Virus record (IMG/VR): IMGVR_UViG_2671180890_000001
Direction: 5' to 3' (one strand)
DNA length: 62,572 bases
Source of the DNA: a virus
Taxonomy: Duplodnaviria > Heunggongvirae > Uroviricota > Caudoviricetes
In this document: positions 43,137 to 52,459 of the stretch, in pieces
How positions within the stretch are numbered: the first letter of the stretch is position 1
How the letters are laid out: every line of letters starts with the position of its first letter
Position numbers and translations under genes: made by a program
The notes under the pieces: generated by a model
What the model was told of the DNA's origin: nothing
The model's input: the letters and a program-made list of their open reading frames with translations, nothing else
Databases searched by the model: none

Positions 43137-43779
43137 TTAATAATGCAGTTCGATTTAAGCTCAGACATCGCGACTTAATTAAAAGCCAGCGTTCTTTATA
43201 ATCTTGTCTCCAGCTATCAATAGATATATTCAGTAGAAAACTCAGATGCCTGTCCTGTTCTCTCTCATCAACTGCCTCAGCACACGTAAGTTCTGATTTA
43301 ACCTGTTGTGCCGCGTAATAAATCAATTTCCGCATGGCTTTTTTCGTGGAGGCCTTCATTTTTTTAAAGCCGCCCCCCGAATGAGCAACCAGAAAATCAA
43401 GCCATAACCACTGACAAACAATCACATCATTGTTGTAATCAGGCTTGCATCCGTAGCAATAATAAAGCCAGGCTGATTCCTCGTTATTCAACTGACCAAT
43501 AGCCCTGCGCCAGCTGGCGCTCTGAAAATCAATATCAGTGAGCAACATTGATGATTGTTTAAATGTTTTCCCCTGGTGGAATCTAACCGGCTCAGCAGGA
43601 ACGGACACTTCGTATGAGTTATCATCCCCCACACTGATTGACCGGACTGGTTTATTGTTAAACCGTCCTGATCTACCGAGACGCATCTGCTCAAGCTGGA
43701 CCTCCAGAATGCCACGCTGGCGATAATGAACATCAGCCAATGCCGTAGAGACGCAGCTGCGTATATACTCAAGCTCCAC
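43069..43779 (-). CDS. Putative late antitermination protein Q-like
   Basis: 236 aa; position immediately downstream of cro on the same strand; family assignment not verified. Confidence 0.4.
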   Translation of the reverse strand: MELEYIRSCVSTALADVHYRQRGILEVQLEQMRLGRSGRFNNKPVRSISVGDDNSYEVSVPAEPVRFHQGKTFKQSSMLLTDIDFQSASWRRAIGQLNNEESAWLYYCYGCKPDYNNDVIVCQWLWLDFLVAHSGGGFKKMKASTKKAMRKLIYYAAQQVKSELTCAEAVDEREQDRHLSFLLNISIDSWRQDYKERWLLIKSRCLSLNRTALLNAAEKRSEIIKRHRAGSAILSL

Positions 43780-44017
43780 GCTTACGACTCTCCTTAATCG
43801 ACTGCTTTACCCGCCGAGTTGTAAAGTCACTCTTCAGCTTATAAGCAGTACGAACTTCAATATCGCTTTGCCGCAATGAAGGAATCTCTCCAGCGGTTAA
43901 CCATTGGTAAACAGCTCCGGGTGTTACACCTACCCCTGCCGCTGCTTTTTCTACACTGCCAAAATGGCGAATAAGTTCTTCTGGTTTCATGTTGTTATTA
44001 TAAACAATAAACAACAA
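43769..44017 (-). CDS. cro: Cro-like repressor
   Basis: 82 aa with HTH (VGVTPGAVYQWL), divergent from the CI-like repressor. Confidence 0.6.
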   Translation of the reverse strand: MLFIVYNNNMKPEELIRHFGSVEKAAAGVGVTPGAVYQWLTAGEIPSLRQSDIEVRTAYKLKSDFTTRRVKQSIKESRKRGA

Positions 44018-44081
44018 TTAAAGCCAGCTATAATAAATAAATTTTATAGCCAGCTATAAGAAGATCATTTATGATTACAGT
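44018..44081. promoter_or_regulatory. Divergent promoter/operator region between cro and cB
   Basis: Repeated AGCCAGCTATAA / TTATAGCCAGCTATAA motifs. Confidence 0.5.
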
Positions 44082-44678
44082 ATGAAAACACGAGGCGAAC
44101 GACTGAAAGCACGCCGTTTAGAGATGAAGCTGACGTTGCGAGAAGTTGCTGAGGCTGTCGATATCTCTATAGCAGGCGTCCAAAACTTAGAACGTGGCGA
44201 CGTAATGCCGTCACTGGAGATAGGTATTGCCCTGGCTAAGTGCTTACGCAAGCCAGTGCATTGGGTGCTATATGGGACAGAATATGACCCTGATCGCATT
44301 CCTGTTATTGGCACAACTGAAAGTGGGCCGGATGAAGAGTGGAAGCCGGGACAGGTTCCAAATACTGAGCGATTCCTGCCATTCATCAGCCAGCGCAATA
44401 CTGTGTATGCGTTAACTATCAGCAATCTTACGCAGGGAAACTATCAGCCAGGCGATTTTCTCCTGGTCGATTCTGCGCTGGAACTGGTCCCCGGCGAGGA
44501 TGTTCTGGTTCGTGATACTGCAGGAAATATCACTATCCAGCGCCTGGCCCGTTTTGATGATGAAAATTACTATCTGGATGGAACAAACTCACAACGCGCC
44601 ATCTTCAGGAAAAGCGATCTTGAATTTGTTCACCAAATAGTCGGAACGATCAAATCATTCATGGTTGAGGGTAGATGA
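44082..44678 (+). CDS. cB: Prophage repressor, CI/CB-like (HTH plus C-terminal S24-like domain)
   Basis: 198 aa; N-terminal HTH_XRE LTLREVAEAVDISIAGVQNLERG. Confidence 0.8.
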   Translation: MKTRGERLKARRLEMKLTLREVAEAVDISIAGVQNLERGDVMPSLEIGIALAKCLRKPVHWVLYGTEYDPDRIPVIGTTESGPDEEWKPGQVPNTERFLPFISQRNTVYALTISNLTQGNYQPGDFLLVDSALELVPGEDVLVRDTAGNITIQRLARFDDENYYLDGTNSQRAIFRKSDLEFVHQIVGTIKSFMVEGR

Positions 44679-44923
44679 CTTAATACGGGGTTTATTGTTT
44701 GCTGTAAATCTGGTTTAATGCAGGGCATATGTTCTGTGGGTTGACTCAGGTTACAGCAGCAGAAAAAAGACGAAAAAAAACCCGAGTCGGCAAACTCGGG
44801 TCCTTTTCAGGAAGCAGCCACAGTAACGCGACGGATTCCGTCAATTCAAGATGCGTTTATTGTGGCTGCTCCTGCGGATTTTTTCAACCCGAAAAAACAT
44901 AATTCGCATGGAATTGCTAAAAA

Positions 44924-47900
44924 ATGACATTAAACGATTTCTATGCGGATCGCTTTGGCAGCGATCCGTTCTCGCTAATTGAAGCAGCACGGGATGAACT
45001 AACCGAGCTGGCACAGATGGCTGGTATCAACTGGCCTGCCTGTTCCGACAACATCCAACTCAACCCTCGCGGGGGGGTTGAGCGTTACTCTTCATACAAT
45101 AAAACATCTCCAGAAGCTCTCGAAAAGAGCCTGAAAGGACGCGTAGAAATTTACTCCAGGCTGGAACACAGCAAAGGGATTGATTACCCGTTCATTAACT
45201 TCGTCCATAAAGGCAGCGATGCTGGCTCATGGAGCGGTTTCTCCTTCCTGTTTTCTGAATATCGCCGTGAGCAACAACGGAATAATGCGACCGTGGTCGC
45301 ACAACCGGAAGAAGAACGGGAAAGAATAGAACGTCAGGCCGAAGCACGTCGTCGCCGTGAAGAACAAAAACGAATTAATGACCTGAAAAACAACCAAATG
45401 GACCATGAACGTTTGCTGGGATGGCTGGCATTCCACAGCGCGTGGGAACATGCTCCGGCTGAAGACGGCTCATGGCCATATGCGATTAAAAAAGGTATTC
45501 GTGACGTTTTTAGTTCATGTGATGTGCGTCGCGTGACCAGTCACGACAGTGCGAAATGGAGCCGGGGGCCAACCACATATATGGCTATCCCTCTGGCTCA
45601 CCTGGACAGTCGTTATGATGGTCGTATTGTGGGTTGGCAGCGAATCGACAAACAAGGTGGGAAATACCAGACCAGCGCAGTAACCAGCGGCGATTTCGTC
45701 GGTGCCTGCTTTGTTATCGGTGAGCTGAAAGGGGCGCAAAACATCGCTGTTACAGAAGGTTTTGCTACTGGTGCATCCATCTGGCTTGCCACGAAAAAAG
45801 ATAAACGCTTTGACGCTGTGGTTGTCGCTGTATCCGCTAACAACATGGTTCATGTTGTGGAACAACTGGTAAACATGTACCCGGCGGCAAAAATCACCTG
45901 CGCACTGGATAATGACCGGAAATCTGCCACAGAAGGAAAAGGGAATACCGGCCTGCGGACTGGCTATGAAATCTTATCGAAATTCAACGATGTCCGCTGC
46001 GTCTATCCAACTTTTGAAGACGATCCGCAAATGGAGTGCAGTGACTTCAACGACCTGCACAAACTACGTGGACTTCGTGAAACAGCACGTCAACTGTTTG
46101 CAACAGCAAACCGCCTGAAAACCGGTACTGATTTGCTATCTCTGACGCTCAACCGCCTGAAGACAATTAAGCGGGATAACCGTCGTACTTTTGCCAAAGA
46201 GCTGCTGAGAGCGGTGGATATTGGCATGCTAACCTGTCCGGTTCCTAACAGTCCGTCAGATTTATTTAACATGTTCTGCATCGTTCTGCGTGAAATGGGA
46301 CTGGAAAATATCTATCGTGCTACGGTAAAAGACCACATTGCCCGTCGCCTGAATAAAAAGTGCCGTATTGCCCAGGCTCCGCGCTCTTTCAGCGAACGCA
46401 TAACTGATCCCAATAAACGACCTCAACATATCACCTATAAGCGTTTTGAAACTTCGGTAATGACCGATGATGTCCTGAAGTACGTGCAATCACTACAGGG
46501 GATAGTCATCGTCCGTGCTGGTATGGGTTCCGGCAAATCTACTGGATTGTTACGACCGTTAATGCATAGCTCAGAACGTGGTATCTCTGTTGCTCACCGT
46601 GTCTCCCTTATTGGTGGCCTGTGGGAAATGATGACAGAAGGAAAAGGTGTAAAAGCCGATATCCTGCACTATCAGGATCCTGGCTATCAGGAAATGGCTC
46701 CATACGCCAGTAAACTGACCATCTGCATAAACTCGATTGTTAAAAACTGCTGGCAACCGTTGATGCGCCAGCACGACTATTTTGGCTTTGACGAGGCCAC
46801 ACAAGGGCTACGTGCCGTTCTTTCCGGTCGGGCTATGGAAAACCCGGTGGCTGTATTCAATACGCTAATTGACGCGCTGGCCAGAACGGAACAACACCCA
46901 ATCATGGTGGATGCTGATGCGAACGATCTGCTGGTTGACCTGGCTGAACTGGCTATGAAACGCCGTGAAGAACTAGGTTTACCGGCATGGCTGCAGATCC
47001 ACGTAATTGAATTACCTGTTGATGTTCGCAACCGCGAAACAGGTGAGCCAATCCGGGTTTTTTATACAGAAAAAGATCGCATCATGACCGAGGTGGTGAA
47101 AGCTGTATCGGATGGCGAAAAAATCATGTTGGCCACCGACAGCTCCACCTTTGCAGAAGATGTGACAGCCACCCTGAGAATGCATTTTCCTGGTAAGAAA
47201 TTTCTGTGTGTAAACCAGAAAAACAAACCAGAGCCAGAAGTTGAAGCATTTACCAATCAACCGAAAAAGATGGTCAAAAAATACGACGGCCTGATTTATA
47301 GCCCGTCTATTTCATCCGGCGTGTCGATTGAGCAAAAACATTTTGACCGTCATTTCGGCATGTTCTGTGGTGAAGTTGTACCCAGCGACGCAGTGCAAAT
47401 GCTACGCCGCGACCGTACAGCAAAAGAATTTATTATCGGCTTTGATAAAGCTCGTGCAAAACGTGAAACTGACCCGCAAAAAATAGAACGAGCATTCGCC
47501 CAGGCATTGCTTGCTACTGCAGGTATGAACGGTGAACTGACGGATGTCGTTTTCGATGGCGACCGTATATCAATGGGGGTGGCCAATACCGACTTTACCA
47601 GGATGAAAATTAAAGCAGCCGCAATTGAAGCGTCTGCACGTAACGACTACGCCAGCAACATGATCTGCATCATGCACAGCGACGGTTATAAGATATCGCC
47701 GCTGGCCACCGATTATGCTGCAAATGATATCGGTAAAGATCTGCGTAAAGAAGCGCGGGATATTGTGTGGGAACAGACACTGGATCTGCATCTCAATACA
47801 GAAACTCCACAAGAATCAGAGCGTGAAGAACTGCTAAAAAAACGCGCGCTGACGCTTGAAGAACAGGCAAAACTTGTCCGCTGGGATATTGAGAACGAAC

Positions 47901-48919
47901 TGAAACTACCGGTTGAAGAAGGCACGCTGAAATTCTATTTCGATGGTGCTCGAGACAAAGTTCGCCGCTATGAAACAATGCTTTTAGATGAGGTAACAGC
48001 TCGTCGTTACGACCGGGAAGAAGCAGCCATCAATTTTACCTACGCATACCGTCAGGCGGGACAGTGGCAATATTTTGTAGTGACCGCAATGACTCGCGAG
48101 CAGGCTGATGATGTCTTTAAAACTAAATTCCCTGGAATAATCGACTACAAGGTAAAAGCTACTCCTACTGTTGAAGTCGGGGCGCGCGGTTTCTATGCGC
48201 TTAAATCAGCAACTCTCCGGCAGTACTTTATCGACTGCGGTATCAACCCTGAGACTATGACCGGCGAGGCGACTCAGGAGCGTCTCAAATTTGCTCGAGA
48301 TAACCTCATGACAGCCGAACGCCGTGACCTGTTGAATAACGTTCTGCACATTGGTGGTTTTATGACGCCAAAAGGGAAGCCTAAAGTGCCGGAAGCGTTG
48401 TTTAAAAACATTTGCGACTCTCTTGGCCTTAAAACAGGTAAACGTCGCGGCAGAGACGGCGATAAGCGTCCAACCTTGCGTTTTGTTGAGCCTGAATCAG
48501 CGGCATTTATGCTGGATATTCTTGCTCAGCGTCAGAAAGATGGCCTAACCCTGAAAACGCGTAAAGCCGAGAAGACTGCCATCGAAATGGATCGCGATTT
48601 GGATCTCAATATATATATGGATGATAAAACGCGATCCACAAACGAGCAGGTTCAAAACGCCCCTCATTCAGTAATTTCTGAGGCTTTGGCTGTGTTGCCA
48701 GTGGTTGTACCTGAGTCCTGGGCGATGAGTGCGCTTTCCGGTGAGGAGCTGGCCACTATGTCATCATGGTCATCAGCTAGCATAGCTATGACGTTTGCAT
48801 CTCTGTACCTCACAGAGTTCATGGATCACTTATCCAGCAATGAACTGCGGCGGTTACGTGAATACATTACCGGGAATAGCCCATGCAGCTACGAAGAGCA
48901 GGGCGCTTTCTATGGGTAA
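44924..48919 (+). CDS. repA: RepA multifunctional replication protein (primase plus helicase), N15 RepA-like
   Basis: 1331 aa; TOPRIM-like CALDNDRK region; Walker A GMGSGKST. Confidence 0.9.
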   Translation: MTLNDFYADRFGSDPFSLIEAARDELTELAQMAGINWPACSDNIQLNPRGGVERYSSYNKTSPEALEKSLKGRVEIYSRLEHSKGIDYPFINFVHKGSDAGSWSGFSFLFSEYRREQQRNNATVVAQPEEERERIERQAEARRRREEQKRINDLKNNQMDHERLLGWLAFHSAWEHAPAEDGSWPYAIKKGIRDVFSSCDVRRVTSHDSAKWSRGPTTYMAIPLAHLDSRYDGRIVGWQRIDKQGGKYQTSAVTSGDFVGACFVIGELKGAQNIAVTEGFATGASIWLATKKDKRFDAVVVAVSANNMVHVVEQLVNMYPAAKITCALDNDRKSATEGKGNTGLRTGYEILSKFNDVRCVYPTFEDDPQMECSDFNDLHKLRGLRETARQLFATANRLKTGTDLLSLTLNRLKTIKRDNRRTFAKELLRAVDIGMLTCPVPNSPSDLFNMFCIVLREMGLENIYRATVKDHIARRLNKKCRIAQAPRSFSERITDPNKRPQHITYKRFETSVMTDDVLKYVQSLQGIVIVRAGMGSGKSTGLLRPLMHSSERGISVAHRVSLIGGLWEMMTEGKGVKADILHYQDPGYQEMAPYASKLTICINSIVKNCWQPLMRQHDYFGFDEATQGLRAVLSGRAMENPVAVFNTLIDALARTEQHPIMVDADANDLLVDLAELAMKRREELGLPAWLQIHVIELPVDVRNRETGEPIRVFYTEKDRIMTEVVKAVSDGEKIMLATDSSTFAEDVTATLRMHFPGKKFLCVNQKNKPEPEVEAFTNQPKKMVKKYDGLIYSPSISSGVSIEQKHFDRHFGMFCGEVVPSDAVQMLRRDRTAKEFIIGFDKARAKRETDPQKIERAFAQALLATAGMNGELTDVVFDGDRISMGVANTDFTRMKIKAAAIEASARNDYASNMICIMHSDGYKISPLATDYAANDIGKDLRKEARDIVWEQTLDLHLNTETPQESEREELLKKRALTLEEQAKLVRWDIENELKLPVEEGTLKFYFDGARDKVRRYETMLLDEVTARRYDREEAAINFTYAYRQAGQWQYFVVTAMTREQADDVFKTKFPGIIDYKVKATPTVEVGARGFYALKSATLRQYFIDCGINPETMTGEATQERLKFARDNLMTAERRDLLNNVLHIGGFMTPKGKPKVPEALFKNICDSLGLKTGKRRGRDGDKRPTLRFVEPESAAFMLDILAQRQKDGLTLKTRKAEKTAIEMDRDLDLNIYMDDKTRSTNEQVQNAPHSVISEALAVLPVVVPESWAMSALSGEELATMSSWSSASIAMTFASLYLTEFMDHLSSNELRRLREYITGNSPCSYEEQGAFYG
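45286..45301. promoter_or_regulatory. sopC-like centromere palindrome, site 5, inside repA codons 121-127
   Basis: TGCGACCGTGGTCGCA encoding NATVVAQ. Confidence 0.6.
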
Positions 48920-49103
48920 TCAGTGGATATTATCTTTGTGTCTCTTGCTTTGTGTGTTCCAGCAATGGTTTTGGTTCATAGATCGAAAGTCTCACAAGGA
49001 AAACATGAAGGCCAGGAAGGCGATGTTTCGTGGTGAACAACTCGCGCAGACTTATCGTATGTGGAAACGTTTCTATCGTGATTTTTCGGTGAACGGGGAG
49101 TAA
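48912..49103 (+). CDS. Hypothetical small membrane protein
   Basis: Internal Met MGNQWILSLCLLLC; overlaps repA stop. Confidence 0.4.
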   Translation: MGNQWILSLCLLLCVFQQWFWFIDRKSHKENMKARKAMFRGEQLAQTYRMWKRFYRDFSVNGE

Positions 49104-49107
49104 AAAT

Positions 49108-49434
49108 ATGTCTACTACTGCATTTTTGGACAAACTTGATTACCGTCAGCTGCAGTTTTGCCGGGATGAATGCGATCGACGCATTAAGGCTATCCAGGAG
49201 GAAGAAAAAAAGGTTGCCTGGGCTGTAACAGATCGTGGCCTTATCTTTGGCTGGTTCCGTACGGAGGATTATCTGAAAGCAGTGGAATTATTGGCGCGTG
49301 AGGCTGCTGAGCGTTGGGAACGAGCCGACAAGGAAAACCCGGAGACGAAGTATGAACTGAATCTCTACATCGAGGGCAACCGTCTACCATTGTCAGAGTA
49401 TAACGCTTTGTTTGCTGATGGTGAGTGGGGTTAA
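49108..49434 (+). CDS. Hypothetical protein
   Basis: 108 aa ORF. Confidence 0.5.
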   Translation: MSTTAFLDKLDYRQLQFCRDECDRRIKAIQEEEKKVAWAVTDRGLIFGWFRTEDYLKAVELLAREAAERWERADKENPETKYELNLYIEGNRLPLSEYNALFADGEWG

Positions 49435-49832
49435 AAATGGCTGTTCAATCATACAAATACGAATCCCCTTTGGATAAGGGATACATTCGTATCAAGTTAA
49501 GTCGTTCTCAACATAAGGCTATTTTTAAGGTAAGGAAAATTCGCATATTGGATGCGTATGCGTATTACTACAACGGTGAAAATGTTGTTGTTGAACACTT
49601 TCTTGCACGATGGTTTGTAGCTCTGATTTTTGTCCCTCTCCTGTTAATTGGTACTTTTGTGGATGGTTTTCCTAGTACATGGCGGGAGATAAAGAAAGGC
49701 CTATTCCCGCGTAAGTACGGCAGATTTTCGCAAGATAGCTGGCGAGTTATACCTGGTAAACATTCTGTGGATGAGCAGCCGATTGTTGATTACTGGTTGA
49801 AGCGTATGGCTGATGCTAAAAAAGTTGATTGA
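49425..49832 (+). CDS. Hypothetical membrane protein
   Basis: 135 aa ORF with a central hydrophobic segment. Confidence 0.5.
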   Translation: MGLKMAVQSYKYESPLDKGYIRIKLSRSQHKAIFKVRKIRILDAYAYYYNGENVVVEHFLARWFVALIFVPLLLIGTFVDGFPSTWREIKKGLFPRKYGRFSQDSWRVIPGKHSVDEQPIVDYWLKRMADAKKVD

Positions 49833-49921
49833 ATAGTGATGACTGTTCAAGTTAAACCGTTCTCGGCATATTTTATTTAATGGAATAACATATTATTAAT
49901 CAAATAGGTTAAGTTAATATT

Positions 49922-50734
49922 ATGCGTAACAAAAAAACAACAGCTTTATTACTCTCTATCTTGTTATTATCTGGATGCACTTATCAATATGATAATAAGG
50001 CATCAACGGACGTTGAGTATAAATTCGAAAAAGAAAAAAGAGTACCTATCAACTCTGTTGGTGATTTTAGCAGCAAAATACTCACAGGTAAGGAATTTAA
50101 TAGAATTATTGCATCAAAGATAGATGATGGTTCATGGCGTGGATATGTCGTTCACTCATTAACATACGCGCCATACAACAACGTTTTAACATCTCAAGGT
50201 TTGTCTATCCCTAGAAGTATCACATACTCAGGAACATATCTTAACCGTGATTTTGTTGAGAATAGCGGTAGTGATAGCGTGATAACATCTCGAGATATGT
50301 CTGGATGGTATGGTTTTCATGTCGATTCCTCTGAAATAACAAAGCATGGAAGCTATGTTGGTGCTAATGCTTTTGGAATATCTGCTGATGTAGAAGTGTT
50401 AAATACTTTAGGTGCCGAAATTATCTTTGGTAGTACACAAATAAATGAAGGGAACCCTGAAACAATATGGGCAGATATTGATATAAAAGGACAAATACCA
50501 AAAGATGTTAATGTAAAAGACCTTAGAATTGAATATTTAGCAAAGATAAATGGGTTAAGCAGTAATCATATTGATATAACATCACCTACTATTTTTAACC
50601 CGTCAGATATGAGCCATAAAACTCAGGTTTTTATGGGTGAGTTATTAGCCGCGCGCCTAATAAATATTAAAACGGGAGAAATTTATCCAGTACAGCTAGA
50701 GTGGGTGTTCCGTTCGCGTGAGGCTTTCTTATAA
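49922..50734 (+). CDS. Moron lipoprotein, function unknown
   Basis: 270 aa; signal peptide with lipobox LLSGC; strongly AT-rich gene. Confidence 0.6.
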   Translation: MRNKKTTALLLSILLLSGCTYQYDNKASTDVEYKFEKEKRVPINSVGDFSSKILTGKEFNRIIASKIDDGSWRGYVVHSLTYAPYNNVLTSQGLSIPRSITYSGTYLNRDFVENSGSDSVITSRDMSGWYGFHVDSSEITKHGSYVGANAFGISADVEVLNTLGAEIIFGSTQINEGNPETIWADIDIKGQIPKDVNVKDLRIEYLAKINGLSSNHIDITSPTIFNPSDMSHKTQVFMGELLAARLINIKTGEIYPVQLEWVFRSREAFL

Positions 50735-50864
50735 CGGAACAATAACATTGTTCATGTTCTGATCGTTTGTTCAAGCAAACTATAAAAACACCTGTCCCCG
50801 TGACTGGTCACGGGGTAAAATGTCTTTGCAAATTATTGACGTGTGCGTCGTTTTGGAGGTAAAG

Positions 50865-50950
50865 TCACCTCGCTGCGGTAAATCCCGCAGTCGGGACTTC
50901 GCAATCCTGGCAAAACGAAGCGCACAACACGCGCCAGCGTGTTTTTTTGT
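50865..50950 (+). ncRNA. Candidate c4-like cis-antisense regulatory RNA upstream of icd-ant
   Basis: TTGACG and TAAAGT promoter-like hexamers, CTGCGG/CCGCAG stem-loop, ACACGC/GCGTGT terminator plus T7; two 8 nt blocks complementary to a site about 100 nt downstream. Confidence 0.4.
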
Positions 50951-51111
50951 GTGTATAGACCTGCGCATATCCGAATTATGGTGGCTCAGGTGGGGCTGAC
51001 TTCGGTCGGGCCGGTTTCTTCGTTTACCGGTATTGCGAACCCCGCCTGGGCTACCACCAATAAAGAGATTCGCAACTCTGGTGGTAGCACGACCAATAAA
51101 ACGGAGTGCAT

Positions 51112-51279
51112 ACCATGTTCAAATTCAAATTTGCGGCAGTCGTTCGCACAGACAAAAAGTCCCACATTCATCATCTTTCCACTATCGCGTCATCTGAACG
51201 GGAAGCTCGTCGCCAGTTCGCCAGCCGGTTTGTCCTGGTATTGTCTGCCCGTATTCCGGTGCGCGAGGTGGCTGCATGA
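51112..51279 (+). CDS. icd: Icd-like cell division inhibitor (55 aa)
   Basis: MFKFKFAAVVRTDKK ... SSEREARRQFAS pattern; not in the ORF track because under 60 aa; coordinates approximate. Confidence 0.45.
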   Translation, partial: TMFKFKFAAVVRTDKKSHIHHLSTIASSEREARRQFASRFVLVLSARIPVREVAA

Positions 51280-51509
51280 ATCAGGTAAAAATGAACACTG
51301 TTGGCCTGCTGGAATCGTTGGATGAACGTCTGGCTCAGGTCTATGCGCTCGTATCATCAGCCCATCGGACAGTCTCCAGTTGTGAGGCGTCGATTTACCT
51401 CTCAGAGGCTGGAAAACTTCTGCAGATTGCGTGTGAGTTAACGCATGAAGCACAGGGATATTCTGCGTCTCTCTCGTCGCACTTGCTGCGCGATAAGGAG
51501 GCTGAATGA
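51276..51509 (+). CDS. Hypothetical protein in the antirepressor operon
   Basis: 77 aa ORF, translationally coupled to the flanking genes. Confidence 0.5.
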   Translation: MNQVKMNTVGLLESLDERLAQVYALVSSAHRTVSSCEASIYLSEAGKLLQIACELTHEAQGYSASLSSHLLRDKEAE

Positions 51510-52288
51510 GCGCGTTAGCAGTCTTTTCCTTTCAGGAAGAGCATCAGGTTCGTGTAGTGATGATTAACGGTGAGCCGTGGTTTGTGGCTAAGGATGTATG
51601 TGATGCTTTAAGACTCGTTAATTCCCGGAAGGCGCTAATGTCTCTGGATGAGGATGAAAAGGGTGTAACTTTAAGTTACACCCCTGGCGGAGAGCAAAAG
51701 CTAAATATTATTTCAGAGTCAGGTCTATACACCCTGATCCTCCGCTGCCGTGACGCGGTGAAGCAAGGCACAACAGCTTGGCGGTTTCGCAAATGGGTAA
51801 CGAACGAAGTCTTGCCCTCTATTCGCAAAAATGGAGAGTACGTTTACATCGAGCCTGAGCCAATGCGAGCAGCGGAGCCGTTGAACTGGAGGCAGAAAGA
51901 GTATCTGCGAGGGCTGATTAACGATATAGCACAAAGTTTTCAGTACCGAAATGCCTGGATTAGCGGTGTATGGTTAGCTTTGCGTCGGGCGTGTCGTAAT
52001 CCATCCCCGAACCCCATAACGGTTGATGATTTGCCAGCAATTACGGCAGAACTGCGCCGGATTTTGACGGCTGCTGAGTCGGCATTGGGGAACATGCGCA
52101 CGTATGAACGAGAGTTGTTGCGTGATGTTGTTCGTGGGGGTAGGCGGAGTATGTCGTGTGGTGATTTACCCATCACCGATATTAACTCTGATCTGGAAAA
52201 GGCGTTACCCGCGCATTTTGAACTGGCAGTTCAAAAACTTGAGCAGTTATCCGCGCAGCTAAAGCCAGCAGAAATCACCAATAAATAG
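51506..52288 (+). CDS. Antirepressor with Bro-N domain
   Basis: 260 aa; N-terminal FSFQEEHQVRVVMINGEPWFVAKDVCDAL. Confidence 0.75.
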   Translation: MSALAVFSFQEEHQVRVVMINGEPWFVAKDVCDALRLVNSRKALMSLDEDEKGVTLSYTPGGEQKLNIISESGLYTLILRCRDAVKQGTTAWRFRKWVTNEVLPSIRKNGEYVYIEPEPMRAAEPLNWRQKEYLRGLINDIAQSFQYRNAWISGVWLALRRACRNPSPNPITVDDLPAITAELRRILTAAESALGNMRTYERELLRDVVRGGRRSMSCGDLPITDINSDLEKALPAHFELAVQKLEQLSAQLKPAEITNK

Positions 52289-52459
52289 GGTTGACCAGCC
52301 CGAATTTATGCCCTTCTTAGAGAAGGGAAGCCTCGCAGTCGGGGCGGTGATGTCTGTGGTTGCAGCCGCGTTTCCTCCGTTACTTCTGCCCTTTGCAGGG
52401 GGCAGGCGAGGTAGGTCACACAACAAGGCACCGTTAATTCGGTGCCTTTACTGTATGCT

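Noticed and set aside
50950-51110. Possible tRNA-like element (GGTGGCTCAGG ... GGCTACCACC) downstream of the sRNA
   Set aside because: Could not fold a convincing cloverleaf with acceptor and T arms by eye; more likely part of the antisense target/leader.
50939-51325. 128 aa plus-strand ORF spanning the sRNA and icd region
   Set aside because: Overlaps the terminator and antisense target; the Icd-like frame is the one with recognisable motifs.
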